DNA of 64,000 nt from an uncultured Nitrospiraceae bacterium (lineage in GTDB: Bacteria; Hydrogenedentota; Hydrogenedentia; Hydrogenedentales; SLHB01). Positions 8,382 through 17,754 of the stretch are shown piece after piece. Each line of letters opens with the position of its first letter. Position 1 is the stretch's first letter. The notes beneath the pieces are model-generated. The model was given only the letters and a program-made list of their open reading frames with translations, was not told where the DNA came from and searched no databases. The stretch covers positions 3,960-67,959 of the forward strand of contig CAZWDH010000002.1 in assembly GCA_964632865.1 (NCBI GenBank). Direction: 5' to 3'. Position numbers and translations under genes: made by a program.

Positions 8382-8788
8382 CCCGGGGGTCATACCCACG
8401 TCCCGCTCGAGGCGTTCTCGTGGGCGCTGTCCTGTGGATGCCTATTCTGCTCGTGCCTTTTTCTGCGTTCTTTTTTGAGACCTGGCTCCAATTGCAGATC
8501 TTTGAACGGGATTACGAAGCCGCCGAACTAAGCCGCGAAATCCGGGAAACCAATGCGCGCATCGAAGGGCTCGAAGAGCGCGCGGACGAACTGATGACGC
8601 TCGACCGAATCTCGGAGCAAGCGCCGGACCTGGGGCTGGTCCAGCCCGAACCGAGCCAAATCGAGGTCGTGCGTGTCACGCCCGGCAGCGATTATCGTAT
8701 CGAAGAGCCGTTCTTCGAAATCGCCCGCTTGCCGGCGGCGGAACCGTCCGGTCCTCCCGCGGCCGCCACCGATTCGGGAGTGCCCTGA
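8378..8788 (+). CDS. ftsL: FtsL-like bitopic cell-division protein
   Basis: Sits at the ftsL position between rsmH and ftsI. Short cytoplasmic N-terminus, one TM (VLVGAVLWMPILLVPFSAFFF), then a coiled coil (YEAAELSREIRETNARIEGLEERADEL). ATGA overlap with the rsmH stop. Confidence 0.6.
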   Translation: MTRGSYPRPARGVLVGAVLWMPILLVPFSAFFFETWLQLQIFERDYEAAELSREIRETNARIEGLEERADELMTLDRISEQAPDLGLVQPEPSQIEVVRVTPGSDYRIEEPFFEIARLPAAEPSGPPAAATDSGVP

Positions 8789-8792
8789 TCCC

Positions 8793-10961
8793 ATGACCGA
8801 TCCCACCCACGACCGCACACAACCCGACGCGGAACTCCCGTTGACGCGCAAACACCGCCGGCGGGTTCGTCTGGTTTTTTGGGGTTTCCTTATCGCGTTC
8901 AACTTCATCATCATTCACGTCATCAAACTTCAGGTCTGGCCGGACGAGAAGTTCCTCAAGAACGATGAGGCTCACGTCGGAACCGTGCCTCTCACCATTC
9001 CTCGCGGGCGCATCTACGATCGCGAAGGCCGCATCCTCGCCCGGGACCGGCAGGCGCCGTCGATTTGGGCCGATCCGCGTTACGTATCCAATCCGTTCGA
9101 TGCCGCACAGCGATTGAGCACCAAGCTGAACTTGGATGAAGACCTCATTTTGGAACGCCTGACGCGACGAACCGAAGACGGACGGAAGATGCAGGACGTG
9201 CCCATCAAGCGGTATCTCTCCGAATCCGAACTCGAGAATCTCGGGGACTTAAATGCCTTCGTCGGCGGTGGGTTGCGCATCAAGCGCGAACCCCTTCGCT
9301 ACTATCCCGAAGAGATGCTTGCCGCGCATGTCGTGGGCTATGTGAATCGGGAAAACAAGGGCGCGCAGGGCATCGAACACGCCTACGACTCGTACTTGCG
9401 TAGCACGGAAGGCGTGCATCGCGCGCGCAAAGACGCGAATCGCAATCTTCTCGCGTCGCTGACTTTGGAATACGTGCCGCCCGCGGGAGGCAATGATGTC
9501 ATTCTGACGATTGACAAGCCCATTCAGCATGCGCTTGAACGCGAGCTGATGGCCGTGATGGAACGCTGTCAGGCGGCCCGCGCGATGGGTCTACTGATGG
9601 ACCCCAAGACGGGAGCCATACTGGCGCTGGCGTGCATGCCAGCCTTCGACCCGAATGCCTTCTGGGACTACTCGGACGAACAACGCAAGAACCGCGCGGT
9701 AACGGACGTGTTCGAGCCGGGGTCCGCGTTCAAGATTGTTACCGCGTCAGCCGCGCTCGAATTGGGGTTGGTCACTCCTGACACACTGATCGACTGCGAG
9801 GGGGGGCGGTGGAGCGCGTTCGGCCGCCGGGTGATTTCCGATGTCCATAAGATGAACGTGGTTCCATTTCGCGAAGTCTTCGCGGAATCAAGCAACATCG
9901 GCATCATCAAAGTCGCCGGCATGATTACGCAACAAGGCGGCAACCCGCTCCTGGACGAGTGGATCCGCAGGTTCGGCTTTGGAGAACAAACCAGTCGCGA
10001 TTTCCAATTGGAGAGTGGCGGGATCTACGCGCCGGTGAAAACCTGGTCCAAACTGTCTCCCATCTCGTTGCCCATGGGCCAGGAGATCGCCGTCACCATG
10101 CCGCAGCTTGCGAGAGCATTCGCGGTTATCGCCAACGGCGGGTATCTGGTGGAGCCCCACCTGGTGCGGGAAGTCGTCGACCGCGAGGGCCGGGAGATCT
10201 ATCAATACGAACCCGGCGAACGGCCCCGAGTGATTTCCAAAGAGACCGCGAAGACCATGCAGGAACTGTGCTACGAAGTGGTCGCCCACGGCACGGGCAC
10301 GCGCGCCGCGATTGCCGAGTATCGCGCCGGTGGAAAAACCGGGACCGCCCAGGTCGCAAGGGCCGACGGAAAAGGATACTACGAAGACCAGCACACGGCG
10401 GTATTCGCTGGATTCGCGCCCATTGCCGACCCGCGGGTATGCGCGGTGATCGTCGTACACAATCCCCAGAGCAAGCCGTATTGGGGCGGATACGTTTGCG
10501 GGCCCGTGTTCAAAGAAGTCGTTCGGGAAGCCCTCATTCGGCTCGAATGCCCTGAGGACCCCATGGAGGATCTCGTCGAAGAGGGTACCGTAGAAGAGGG
10601 CGACGCGGACACGCTGGTTGCGCGGCTTGACGACGCGCGGGGCGAGCCCGCGATCGCCACGCGCAGCGAAGCCGACCTCGCTTTCGAGAACGCGGAACTC
10701 TTGGCCATGGAAGCGGATCTACCGGATACGACGCCGAGACTCCCGAGTTTTGACGGGCTTACCAAATCGCAGGCCAAGAACGCCCTTGCCACGCTCGGCC
10801 TCTCTTGGGACGCCCAGGGCAGCGGTTGGGTGGTCGCTCAAGAGCCGCCCGCCGGTACTCCGCTCGCGGACGTGGATCGGTGCCGTTTGGTGTTCTCCAA
10901 CACAAAGCATGACGAGATCGAAGATGAGACTGAAGGACCTACCCAGACTGCTGCACTGTGA
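8793..10961 (+). CDS. ftsI: Penicillin-binding transpeptidase FtsI (PBP3-class) with a C-terminal PASTA domain
   Basis: ATG at 8793 inside ORF 8673-10961. SxxK (GSAFKIV), SxN (ESSNIG) and KTG (GGKTGTAQ) motifs. The C-terminal LPSFDGLTKSQAKNALATLGLSWDAQGSGWVVAQEP is PASTA-like. Confidence 0.9.
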   Translation: MTDPTHDRTQPDAELPLTRKHRRRVRLVFWGFLIAFNFIIIHVIKLQVWPDEKFLKNDEAHVGTVPLTIPRGRIYDREGRILARDRQAPSIWADPRYVSNPFDAAQRLSTKLNLDEDLILERLTRRTEDGRKMQDVPIKRYLSESELENLGDLNAFVGGGLRIKREPLRYYPEEMLAAHVVGYVNRENKGAQGIEHAYDSYLRSTEGVHRARKDANRNLLASLTLEYVPPAGGNDVILTIDKPIQHALERELMAVMERCQAARAMGLLMDPKTGAILALACMPAFDPNAFWDYSDEQRKNRAVTDVFEPGSAFKIVTASAALELGLVTPDTLIDCEGGRWSAFGRRVISDVHKMNVVPFREVFAESSNIGIIKVAGMITQQGGNPLLDEWIRRFGFGEQTSRDFQLESGGIYAPVKTWSKLSPISLPMGQEIAVTMPQLARAFAVIANGGYLVEPHLVREVVDREGREIYQYEPGERPRVISKETAKTMQELCYEVVAHGTGTRAAIAEYRAGGKTGTAQVARADGKGYYEDQHTAVFAGFAPIADPRVCAVIVVHNPQSKPYWGGYVCGPVFKEVVREALIRLECPEDPMEDLVEEGTVEEGDADTLVARLDDARGEPAIATRSEADLAFENAELLAMEADLPDTTPRLPSFDGLTKSQAKNALATLGLSWDAQGSGWVVAQEPPAGTPLADVDRCRLVFSNTKHDEIEDETEGPTQTAAL

Positions 10962-12387
10962 AGTGCGCCTGGTCAGCGACGTTGCGGTTACGTCGATTAC
11001 GGAAGACTCCCGGCGCGTCACGGTGGGCTCGGTTTTCGTCGCGGTTTCCGGCGAGCATCAGGACGGCCATGATTTTGCGTCCGCCGCCGTGGAAGCGGGG
11101 GCGATTGCCGTCATTGGGAACCGGCTGCGAACAGCGGAGTGGAGCGGCGTTCCGTACTTCCACCACGATCAACCGCGCAAAGCGCTCGGAATTGTCGCGC
11201 AGGCCCTCGCGGGCGACCCGACACACGACATGACCGTTATCGGCGTTACGGGGACCAACGGAAAATCCAGCACCGTCCTCCTCACGCAACGCATCCTGCG
11301 GGACACGGGGCACCGGGCTGCTTGCTTCGGCACCTTGGGCTACGACGTGGGCGGCACTGTCGCACCTGCGCCTCATACGACGCCGTTTGGCGAAGATCTC
11401 GCGGGCCTGTTCCAACGCGCGCGCGAGGCGGGGGACACGCACGCGGTGATGGAGGTCAGTTCGCACGCACTCGAACAGGAGCGCGTGGCAGGCATCCGAT
11501 TCGCGGTTGGCGCATTTACCAACCTCACCCAAGACCATCTCGACTACCATCAGGATATGGACACCTATCTGCGGGCGAAACTGATGCTCTTTGAGCGTAT
11601 CGAAGGGGATGGTTGCTTCACGGTGGCGAATGCCGACGACCCCAGCGCGGAGGCCTTTGTCAACGCTTCCCGGGTCCGTTGCTTCACCTACGGCAAGACC
11701 GGTGATTGCCGGGCCACGAACGTCCGCATGACCGCTGCCGAAACGTCTTTCAGCCTGGAAACGCCGTGGGGGAAAGGCGACTGCGTTACCGGGTTGGTGG
11801 GACGCCACAACGTCAGCAACGCGCTGTGCGCCGCGACCATTTGCGGCGGGCTGGAGATCCCCATCGAACGCATATGCGAAGGGATCTCCGGGTTGAGGAG
11901 CGTTCCCGGACGATTCGAGCGCATCGAATCGGATCGAGGCTTTCAGGTGGTGGTCGATTACGCGCACACCGACGACGGGCTGCGGAACGTCCTGCAGGCG
12001 GCGCGCGAGATTTGCAACGGCAAGGTGATCCTGGTCTTCGGCTGCGGCGGCGACCGTGACAAAGGCAAACGCCCCAAGATGGGGAACGTTGCGGCGGAAC
12101 TCGCGGACTTTTCCTTCGTCACGTCGGACAATCCTCGCACGGAGGATCCCGAGCGGATTCTGCTGGACATCGAAGTCGGCCTCCAGCACGCGGGGCGGCG
12201 GAAGTATGATGATTACGTCCTCATTACCGACCGCGCCACGGCTATCCGTGAAGCCATCGTTCGCGCCAAGTCCGGCGACCTCGTAATGATCGCCGGGAAA
12301 GGCCACGAGGATTACCAGATTTTGGGAACTGAACGAATTCATTTCGACGACCGCGAGGTCGCGCGCGCGATCCTCGAGGAGACCTAG
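10924..12387 (+). CDS. murE: UDP-MurNAc-L-Ala-D-Glu:meso-DAP ligase MurE
   Basis: ATG at 10924 (MRLKDLPRLL...). GVTGTNGKSS P-loop. The DNPR motif (TSDNPRTEDP) is typical of meso-DAP-adding enzymes. Confidence 0.9.
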   Translation: MRLKDLPRLLHCEVRLVSDVAVTSITEDSRRVTVGSVFVAVSGEHQDGHDFASAAVEAGAIAVIGNRLRTAEWSGVPYFHHDQPRKALGIVAQALAGDPTHDMTVIGVTGTNGKSSTVLLTQRILRDTGHRAACFGTLGYDVGGTVAPAPHTTPFGEDLAGLFQRAREAGDTHAVMEVSSHALEQERVAGIRFAVGAFTNLTQDHLDYHQDMDTYLRAKLMLFERIEGDGCFTVANADDPSAEAFVNASRVRCFTYGKTGDCRATNVRMTAAETSFSLETPWGKGDCVTGLVGRHNVSNALCAATICGGLEIPIERICEGISGLRSVPGRFERIESDRGFQVVVDYAHTDDGLRNVLQAAREICNGKVILVFGCGGDRDKGKRPKMGNVAAELADFSFVTSDNPRTEDPERILLDIEVGLQHAGRRKYDDYVLITDRATAIREAIVRAKSGDLVMIAGKGHEDYQILGTERIHFDDREVARAILEET

Positions 12388-12388
12388 G

Positions 12389-13735
12389 ATGCCGTGGACA
12401 TACACGATCGATAGATTGGCATCCGTTCTCGGTATCGAGCCGCAAGAAAACGGCGAAGCAACGTTTTCGTCGATTTCGACCGACACCCGCACGCTACAGC
12501 CGGGCCAGGTCTTCTTCGCCCTGTCCGGCGAACACTTCGATGGAAACGATTTCGTGCCGGCGGCTTTTGACCGCGGCGCGCTTACCGCCGTGACGACCCA
12601 GACCAACGACGCCGGGCCTTGCATTGTCGTCGATGATCCCCTCAAGGCCTTGCAGGCTTTTGCGGCGGCCCATCGCGCTAATTACGAACCGCTCGTCTTT
12701 GCCATCACGGGGTCCTGCGGAAAAACTACCTCAAAAGATTTCATCGCGGCGGTTCTTGGTTCACGCATGAAGGTGATCAAAACGCAAGGCAATCTCAACA
12801 ACGAGATTGGATGCCCGTTATCCTTGCTCCAAATCGATCAAGATACGGATGCCGCCATTATCGAAATGGGCGCCGCCAGCCCCGGCAATATTCGTGAGTT
12901 GTGCGAGTTGGCCAAGCCTACGGAAGCGGCGATTACCCTGGTCGCGCCGGCGCATCTTTCCGGATTCGGCACGATTGAAGCGATAGCCGCTACCAAGGCT
13001 GAGATCGTCGAGGGGCTCCCCGGCGACGGGACGTTCTACGTCAACGTGGACAACCCCTGGTGTGTAAAAGCCGCCGGCACCTTCACCGGCACTCGCGTCC
13101 GCTACGGCAGTTCGGGAGACGTGGTACTCAAGTCCTGCCATTTTGACGATTCCGGTGAAATGGTTTTGGAAGTGGATCCCGTGGGGCGGCTACGGCTTCC
13201 CTTGGCGTGCCGCGCCCACGCGAGCAATGTCCTGCTTGCTATCGCGGTTGGATTGCGCCACGGAATCACGGACTTCGAAGGCCCCCTTCGAGAAGCGGCC
13301 GCCAACCGTAGCCGCTTCACGATTCGCCAAATCGGCGCGCTGCACGTCATCGACGATGCGTACAACGCGAGTCCCGCGAGCATGGCCGCCGCCTTGGAGG
13401 GGCTGTCGGAGCGCCCGGGGAATGGTGCACGGATTGCCGCTCTGGGCGACATGCTGGAACTCGGGCCCCAGTCCGACGCGTTACATCGCGAAGTCGGTGA
13501 ACTGGTGGCGCGGCTCGGTATCGACCGGCTGTTTGCGCGGGGAGACTATGCCTCTGGTATGATCGAGGCCGCGCGGCTTAGCGGCGTATCCCACGCGGAA
13601 GTGATCCAGGACCCCCAGTCCATGGCGGAGGCCATCCAGCAAAGCTCGAAACCGGGGGACATCCTGCTTGTCAAAGGTTCTCGCGGCATGCGAATGGAGC
13701 GTGTCATCGAAGCCTTGGCCGCGCTCGAAACTTAG
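12389..13735 (+). CDS. murF: UDP-MurNAc-tripeptide:D-Ala-D-Ala ligase MurF
   Basis: ITGSCGKTTSKD P-loop, Mur ligase middle and C-terminal domains, and the expected position after murE. Confidence 0.9.
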   Translation: MPWTYTIDRLASVLGIEPQENGEATFSSISTDTRTLQPGQVFFALSGEHFDGNDFVPAAFDRGALTAVTTQTNDAGPCIVVDDPLKALQAFAAAHRANYEPLVFAITGSCGKTTSKDFIAAVLGSRMKVIKTQGNLNNEIGCPLSLLQIDQDTDAAIIEMGAASPGNIRELCELAKPTEAAITLVAPAHLSGFGTIEAIAATKAEIVEGLPGDGTFYVNVDNPWCVKAAGTFTGTRVRYGSSGDVVLKSCHFDDSGEMVLEVDPVGRLRLPLACRAHASNVLLAIAVGLRHGITDFEGPLREAAANRSRFTIRQIGALHVIDDAYNASPASMAAALEGLSERPGNGARIAALGDMLELGPQSDALHREVGELVARLGIDRLFARGDYASGMIEAARLSGVSHAEVIQDPQSMAEAIQQSSKPGDILLVKGSRGMRMERVIEALAALET

Positions 13736-13744
13736 AGGAAATCC

Positions 13745-15229
13745 ATGCTGTACTACCTGGGGCTGCTCTTGCGGTCCGACGTGTCGCTGTTCAACGTGTT
13801 CACGTACCACACGGTGCGTGCGGGCGGCGCCGCGATCACTGCGTTTGCGGTGTCCCTGTTGATTGGGCCAACGGTGATCCGTTTGCTGCGATCGCTGAAA
13901 GTCGGCCAGTACATCCGAAAGGAACACGTGGCCGATCTGCATGCCTTGCACAAGAGCAAGGCCGGCACGCCAACAATGGGCGGCGCGCTGATCATTCTTG
14001 CCGCGCTGATCTCGCTCGCCTTCTGGGGGCGCTTCACGAATCGGCTTCTCCTGATGGCGATACTTGCGATGGCGTTGCTGGGGGCGGTTGGATTCCTCGA
14101 CGACTACATCAAGTTGCGCCGCAAACATAACCAGGGCCTGAGTGCCAAAGCAAAAATGGCCGGACAACTGATTGTGGGAATCGGGATGGGGCTGTATCTC
14201 GTGTACAGTCCGATTGCCGTCAGCGCCACCTATCTTGCAACGTACGACATCCTGGATTGGGAACGCTTCGGCCAGTTGCTCCGCGACGCGGACCCCGAGA
14301 ACGCGCAGACCCCAGCCGACCGCCTCGTCGACCTGATGGCCGAACCAGCGCGGACTTTTGTGCTCGAGGACGGCGGAAACCAGCCTTGGGGATACGAATC
14401 GCGGACCAACGTGTTGCACGGACTGGAAGCATCGTTGCGGCGGCATGATTTGTACGAACCCGAAGCGTGGACTGGTGTGGCGCTCACGCCGGAGGCCGAA
14501 TACCTGCTCGCCGGCGGTCCCAGCAATCTCTCCGAACGGGAGTTGCTTCGCCTGAATCGCCTGCTGGTCGAAGCGGCGCTGCCGGACCTCGTCGCATCGT
14601 CACCACCGGACATGCACACCAAAGTCGAAATTCCCGGCCTGAAGATGGTTCTCATACCCATGGGGATCCTCTACGTCCTCTTCGTCTTGATGATCATCGT
14701 CGGGTCGTCAAATGCGGTGAATCTGACCGACGGTCTCGATGGCCTGGCCATCGGCGCTTCGATTGTTTCGCTCCTGGCGTATACGGGCATCGCATATGTG
14801 GTCAGCCGTGCCGACTGGTCGCAATACCTCTACTTGATACACGTGCCCGAGGCCAGCGAACTGACCGTGTTCGGTGGCGCCATGTTGGGCGCGGGCCTCG
14901 GATTCTTGTGGTTCAATTCGCACCCGGCCGAGGTATTCATGGGCGATACCGGGTCGCTCGCTCTGGGCGGCGCCTTGGGGACCATGGCGATTCTGACGAA
15001 ACAGGAACTGCTCCTAATCATCGTGGGCGGCCTGTTTGTGGTGGAGGCGCTCAGCGTCATTATCCAGGTCGCGTCATTCAAACTGCGGGGCAAGCGGGTT
15101 TTCAAGATGGCGCCACTCCATCATCACTTCGAACTCCTCGGCTGGTCCGAAAGCAAAGTGACGGTCCGATTCTGGATCATCGCGATTGTCTTCGCGCTGA
15201 TGAGTCTCGCAACCTTGAAGCTGCGCTAA
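13745..15229 (+). CDS. mraY: Phospho-MurNAc-pentapeptide translocase MraY, with a ~130-aa insertion
   Basis: GFLDDYIKL (aa ~117-125), NAVNLTDGLDGLA (aa ~323-335), HPAEVFMGDTGSLALGG and MAPLHHHFE. The protein is 494 aa; a hydrophilic block at aa ~160-293 has no counterpart in ~360-aa MraYs. Confidence 0.9.
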   Translation: MLYYLGLLLRSDVSLFNVFTYHTVRAGGAAITAFAVSLLIGPTVIRLLRSLKVGQYIRKEHVADLHALHKSKAGTPTMGGALIILAALISLAFWGRFTNRLLLMAILAMALLGAVGFLDDYIKLRRKHNQGLSAKAKMAGQLIVGIGMGLYLVYSPIAVSATYLATYDILDWERFGQLLRDADPENAQTPADRLVDLMAEPARTFVLEDGGNQPWGYESRTNVLHGLEASLRRHDLYEPEAWTGVALTPEAEYLLAGGPSNLSERELLRLNRLLVEAALPDLVASSPPDMHTKVEIPGLKMVLIPMGILYVLFVLMIIVGSSNAVNLTDGLDGLAIGASIVSLLAYTGIAYVVSRADWSQYLYLIHVPEASELTVFGGAMLGAGLGFLWFNSHPAEVFMGDTGSLALGGALGTMAILTKQELLLIIVGGLFVVEALSVIIQVASFKLRGKRVFKMAPLHHHFELLGWSESKVTVRFWIIAIVFALMSLATLKLR

Positions 15230-15231
15230 CG

Positions 15232-16584
15232 ATGGAACTTCGCGGGAAAAAAGTCACGGTCGTCGGCATGGGGCGAACCGCCATGTCCGTCGTTAGATTG
15301 CTTCTGCGGGAAGGTGCGGAACCTTTCGTGACCGACAGCAATCGGGCCGAGCGCCTCGAAGATCAGACGGCTGAACTGCGCGCATTGGGTGTTGCCTACG
15401 AATGCGGGGGTCACTCGTCAGATGCCTTTTCCGGTGCGACCTGGGTTCTGCCCAGTCCAGGGGTGTCGCCACGACTCGATTGTATCCAGCAAGCGCTCGC
15501 GAGCGGAGCCTGGCTCATCGGTGAACTCGAGTTGGCGTCGTGGTTCAATACGGTGCCCGTTCTGGCGGTAACCGGGACGAACGGCAAGACAACGACGACC
15601 GAACTACTCCGTGCACTCGTTGCAGGATGCGGTCACGACGTCGTGCTTGCCGGGAATAACGACACCCCCTTCTCCAGTGTCGTGCTTTCCGAACAGAAAC
15701 CCGACTACGTCGTACTCGAAGTAAGCAGTTACCAGACGGAACTTATCCGCAGCTTTCGGCCGTGGATCGCCGCCGCGCTCAATGTGACGCCGGATCACCT
15801 GGCGCGCCACGGTACGCTGGAAGGATACGCGGAAGCCAAGGCGCGCCTCTTTATCAACCAGAATTCCGGCGACCTCGCGGTACTCAATGCGGATGACCCG
15901 CGCGTTGCGGAGATGGCGGCAGATGTCGCATCGTCCGTTTATTGGTTCAGCATAGACCGGCAAGTTGATCGGGGAATGAGCGTATCGGGAGACGATATAC
16001 TCTCCGATGGCGAACCGGTCGCACGCGTATCCGATTCATGCTTGCCGGGCCGGCACAACCTCGCCAACGTGCTTGCCGCGTTGACCATGATGCGGGCCGG
16101 CGACTTCGATTGGCCCAAGACCATCGAGAGCTTGCGCGTGTTTCGCGGCGTCGAGCACCGCATCGAGTTGGTGGCGGAGCGGGGCGGCGTCGCGTATTAC
16201 AACGATTCCAAATCGACCAACCTCGACAGCCTGCGCGTAGCGCTCGAAAGCTTCGACCGTCCGGTCATCCTGATTGCCGGGGGGGAGGGGAAAGGCGCGG
16301 ACTACCGCGTTCTTCGGGATTTGGTCCAGCAACATGTCAAACACCTCGTCCTTATCGGAGAAGACGCGCCGCTCTTGGATGCGGCGTATGGCGACCTCAT
16401 TCCGTCAACCCGTTGCCTTGACATGGAAGAGGCGGTCCGGAGCGCCGCGTCATTGGCGGTGGAGGGCGATATCGTCCTGCTTTCTCCCGCTTGCGCGAGT
16501 TTCGACATGTACGACAACTACGAACACCGTGGACGCGTGTTCAAGGAATGCGTCCGCCAACGCGTAGGGGATCTAGTGACATGA
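15232..16584 (+). CDS. murD: UDP-MurNAc-L-Ala:D-Glu ligase MurD
   Basis: ATG at 15232 (MELRGKKVTVVGMGRTAMS...). VTGTNGKTTTT P-loop. The listed 705-aa ORF (14467-16584) is this frame running open backwards through mraY. Confidence 0.9.
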   Translation: MELRGKKVTVVGMGRTAMSVVRLLLREGAEPFVTDSNRAERLEDQTAELRALGVAYECGGHSSDAFSGATWVLPSPGVSPRLDCIQQALASGAWLIGELELASWFNTVPVLAVTGTNGKTTTTELLRALVAGCGHDVVLAGNNDTPFSSVVLSEQKPDYVVLEVSSYQTELIRSFRPWIAAALNVTPDHLARHGTLEGYAEAKARLFINQNSGDLAVLNADDPRVAEMAADVASSVYWFSIDRQVDRGMSVSGDDILSDGEPVARVSDSCLPGRHNLANVLAALTMMRAGDFDWPKTIESLRVFRGVEHRIELVAERGGVAYYNDSKSTNLDSLRVALESFDRPVILIAGGEGKGADYRVLRDLVQQHVKHLVLIGEDAPLLDAAYGDLIPSTRCLDMEEAVRSAASLAVEGDIVLLSPACASFDMYDNYEHRGRVFKECVRQRVGDLVT

Positions 16585-17714
16585 AACGCGAATCGATCTT
16601 CGCATTCAACGTCGTTCTGGTACTCGTGTTTATTGGCATGCTCATGGTGTACAGCGCCAGCGCCGTCCGAAGCTACAGTCCCGATGGAATGGCCTTGGAG
16701 CCGGCTTTCCCCCCCTTCCTGAAGCAGTTTGTTTGCGTGGCGATCGGAATGGCGGGACTATTCGTCGCCGCCCGTTTCGACTATCACAACTTCCGGAGCC
16801 GAATCGTGCTGTGGCCGCTGGTTTTGATTACGCTCGGGCTATTGATTGCCGTGTTGATTCACGGGGATGCCGTTCGCGGGGGGCAACGCTGGATTTCCAT
16901 CTTCGGTTTCAGCGTTCAGCCGTCCGAGCTGGCGAAGTCAACCTTAGTTATATTGCTCGCCGTAAAACTATCGGAGAATCAGGCTATCCTGACCCGCTTC
17001 TGGCGCGGCTTCCTACCGCCGATTTTGATTGTTGGATTGTTTGCCGGGCTGGTTCTGCTGGAACAAGATCTGGGGACCCCGGTCGTGATGGTTTCGGTGG
17101 CCATGCTCATGATCGTGATGGCCGGCGGCCGCTGGGCGCACGTACTGCCGACCTGTCTTCCGGCCGCGGTTGCCGTATACGCGCTTATCAAAGGCAGCGG
17201 CTATCGATCCGAACGGATTGAGGCTTGGTTGGATCCGTGGAAACACCGTTCCGACAAGGGCCTCCAGTTGATCGAAAGCCTCGCGGGATTTGCGCGCGGC
17301 GGCGTCTGGGGTCAGGGACTGGGCGCCAGCGAACAGAAACTGCGGTACCTTCCCGACGCGCATTCGGACTTCATCTTCGCCGTATGGGCCGAGGAAATGG
17401 GGCTCATCGGCAGCGTGGGTCTCGTCGTGCTCTTTCTCCTCTTTGTCATCGTGGCGATCCGCATCGCCGTGTGCGCGCGGGATTTGTTTGGCTCGCTGTT
17501 GGCGAGTGGAATCGTCACCTTGATCACGATTCAAGCATGCTTCAACATGGCGGTGACGACCGGAATGCTGCCGACAAAGGGTCTGGCGCTTCCTTTCATC
17601 AGTGCCGGCGGCAGCGCGCTTATCGTGAACCTTACTATGGTCGGCATTCTCATCAACGTCGGCGTTCAAGCAGTCGAAACTGATGACGAGTTACAGCTCG
17701 CAGTAGCGAAGTAA
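16581..17714 (+). CDS. ftsW: SEDS-family peptidoglycan polymerase FtsW
   Basis: ATG at 16581 (ATGA overlap with the murD stop). About 10 TMs, with SEDS motifs (QPSELAK, DLGT, PDAHSDFIF, LPTKGLALPFISAGGS). Confidence 0.9.
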   Translation: MKRESIFAFNVVLVLVFIGMLMVYSASAVRSYSPDGMALEPAFPPFLKQFVCVAIGMAGLFVAARFDYHNFRSRIVLWPLVLITLGLLIAVLIHGDAVRGGQRWISIFGFSVQPSELAKSTLVILLAVKLSENQAILTRFWRGFLPPILIVGLFAGLVLLEQDLGTPVVMVSVAMLMIVMAGGRWAHVLPTCLPAAVAVYALIKGSGYRSERIEAWLDPWKHRSDKGLQLIESLAGFARGGVWGQGLGASEQKLRYLPDAHSDFIFAVWAEEMGLIGSVGLVVLFLLFVIVAIRIAVCARDLFGSLLASGIVTLITIQACFNMAVTTGMLPTKGLALPFISAGGSALIVNLTMVGILINVGVQAVETDDELQLAVAK

Positions 17715-17754
17715 TGCCTCCTCCGGCGGTGGCACACATTTCCCAGGCGGTACT

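Noticed and set aside
10939-12645. 568-aa minus-strand ORF opposite murE/murF. Similar antisense ORFs occur at 13481-14446, 39044-40591, 41655-42851, 43565-44557, 45521-46711, 46784-47710, 50215-51153, 54001-54777, 56485-57954, 57951-58787, 60124-61731 and 62766-63884.
   Set aside because: All lie opposite ORFs with unambiguous domain signatures. Their translations are compositionally biased (R/A/G/P/H) and lack motifs. I treat them as GC-driven spurious ORFs.
14467-15231. The murD reading frame stays open for ~765 nt upstream inside mraY (listed as a 705-aa ORF). This could suggest an overlapping gene or a frameshift fusion.
   Set aside because: The upstream part is Arg/Gly/Pro-rich with no Mur ligase similarity. 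MurD begins normally at the ATG at 15232 (MELRGKKVTVVGMG), 3 nt after the mraY stop.
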